DNA of 62,911 nt, from the NCBI GenBank assembly GCA_035417425.1, contig DAOLPD010000001.1:1-62911 (forward strand). Direction: 5' to 3'. The notes under the pieces are model-generated. The model saw only the letters and a program-made list of their open reading frames with translations, did no database searches and was not told the DNA's origin. The stretch comes from Bacillota bacterium. GTDB taxonomy: Bacteria > Bacillota > Clostridia > Lutisporales > Lutisporaceae. The translations under genes were made by a program, and so were the position numbers. Of this stretch, positions 61,889 through 62,911 are shown in pieces (the first letter of the stretch is position 1; every line of letters begins with the position of its first letter).

Positions 61889-62911
61889 ATGAAAAAAGCA
61901 TTTGTAGTTATAACGGTGCTCTGCCTATTATTGACAAGCTTTGCATGCACCGTATCCGCACAAGCAGCCGAAGCAAAAGCACCTCCGCTGTCAATGCAGA
62001 TACTGGGCAAGAAAGTGAGCACGGCAAGCCCTCCTATTGTCAAGGACAACAGAATATTTCTTCCTGTCAGGGCGGTAGGGGAAGCATTAGGCTACAAAGC
62101 CACTTGGGACGCCAAAACCAGTACCATGGAGCTTAAGGACTCCAAGCAGACATTGAAGATAAAAGTAGGAAGTACAGATGCTTATGTCAACGGGAATAAG
62201 GTAAAGCTGGATGCCGCTCCCATAATGTATAAGGAAAGGTCATACATGCCATTGACTTTTGTGCAGAAGTATTTCAACTATACCACTACATATGACAAAA
62301 CAAAGAACATAGTCTCAATTGACAAGAAAACGGAAGCGGACAAAACAGCCGAACAGACCAAAGGCTTGTATGTGCTGGGAAAAAAGATAGGTACAGATGC
62401 CCCGGTAATAAAAAACAACGCTGTTTACATACCCTTGAGGCATGCAGGGGAAGGTATGGGCTATAAGGTCAGCTGGTATGCAGGCCCGGAGACTATGGAA
62501 ATGAGATTGGGCGACAACTTGGTCAAGGTAACGGTAGGTTACGGCATCGGTGTTATAAACGGCAAAAGCGTTAAGATAAGCCCGGCACCCATTATGTATA
62601 ACTCACGGTTATATGTGCCAATAACCTTTATTCAGAACAACTTCGACTATGATGTTTCCTATGACAAAGCAAAGAATGTTGCAAGCATAGATAAGAAGAA
62701 AGCACCTGCAGCGGAAGCTGAGGAGCCTATAGAATACAAGAAGGCGAAAATTGAAGAGATAATCTATGATGATGATGGGGGATTTCCCCAGTTGAATATA
62801 GTTGCAGACAACCCCGTTAAATACAAAAGCTTTACCATGATGAATCCGGACAGAATGGTAGTGGATATAGAAAACGCTGTTCTGAATACCGAGTTTGAAA
62901 CAAAGGAAATA
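61889..62911 (+). CDS. Wall-associated protein with two copper amine oxidase N-terminal domains followed by an AMIN-like domain. The 3' end lies beyond the window (probably an amidase-type protein).
   Basis: Not in the ORF track because no stop is reached. GAGGAGG RBS, signal peptide MKKAFVVITVLCLLLTSFACTVSAQA, IFLPVRAVGEALGY and VYIPLRHAGEGMGY repeats. The frame stays open for 341 codons to the edge. Confidence 0.8.
   Translation, partial: MKKAFVVITVLCLLLTSFACTVSAQAAEAKAPPLSMQILGKKVSTASPPIVKDNRIFLPVRAVGEALGYKATWDAKTSTMELKDSKQTLKIKVGSTDAYVNGNKVKLDAAPIMYKERSYMPLTFVQKYFNYTTTYDKTKNIVSIDKKTEADKTAEQTKGLYVLGKKIGTDAPVIKNNAVYIPLRHAGEGMGYKVSWYAGPETMEMRLGDNLVKVTVGYGIGVINGKSVKISPAPIMYNSRLYVPITFIQNNFDYDVSYDKAKNVASIDKKKAPAAEAEEPIEYKKAKIEEIIYDDDGGFPQLNIVADNPVKYKSFTMMNPDRMVVDIENAVLNTEFETKEI

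Overview
This looks like a chromosomal segment from a low-GC Gram-positive, Clostridia-like organism. That call is an inference from GGAGG ribosome-binding sites, a guanine riboswitch ahead of guaB, a fused 1257-aa purL heading a pur operon, and wall proteins with copper-amine-oxidase N-terminal domains.

The window has two very different parts.

(1) Positions 1 to ~16.7 kb hold about 25 short, AT-rich ORFs, all on the + strand. They encode 2 VOC/glyoxalases, 6 GNAT acetyltransferases, 4 SAM methyltransferases, an XRE regulator, a CPBP protease, an AlaX-like editing protein, a racemase, a GIY-YIG protein, small membrane proteins and several gene fragments. GC-rich imperfect palindromes sit just after stop codons. 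They begin with an RYYYAAC-like box and end with a GTTRRRY box. I read these as integron attC sites, which makes this region a gene-cassette array. No integrase lies in the window. The array runs off the left edge, and its orientation predicts attI/intI to the left. Several attC sites and genes are visibly decayed. This is the main candidate for something unusual.

(2) Positions ~16.9 to 62.9 kb are ordinary core genome:
- an EamA transporter and a DUF456 protein
- guanine riboswitch-guaB, then guaA
- an FMN glutamate-synthase-like gene
- a DUF134 / NifX-like / MinD-type 4Fe-4S ATPase / Mrp / permease cluster that shares a TGACATATGTCA operator with the glutamate-synthase-like gene
- fni, a LysR regulator, and purL-E-C-F-M-N-H-D
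- a ferredoxin-like gene
- a minus-strand block: membrane proteins, a secreted copper-amine-oxidase-domain protein, and a membrane LuxR regulator
- pcrA, ligA, an Opp-type peptide ABC transporter, two unknown genes, an AIR-synthase-related protein, and a partial wall protein

No rRNA, tRNA, CRISPR array, transposase or integrase gene was seen. All calls come from reading the sequence and ORF translations by eye. No homology search or RNA folding was run, and start codons are best guesses.
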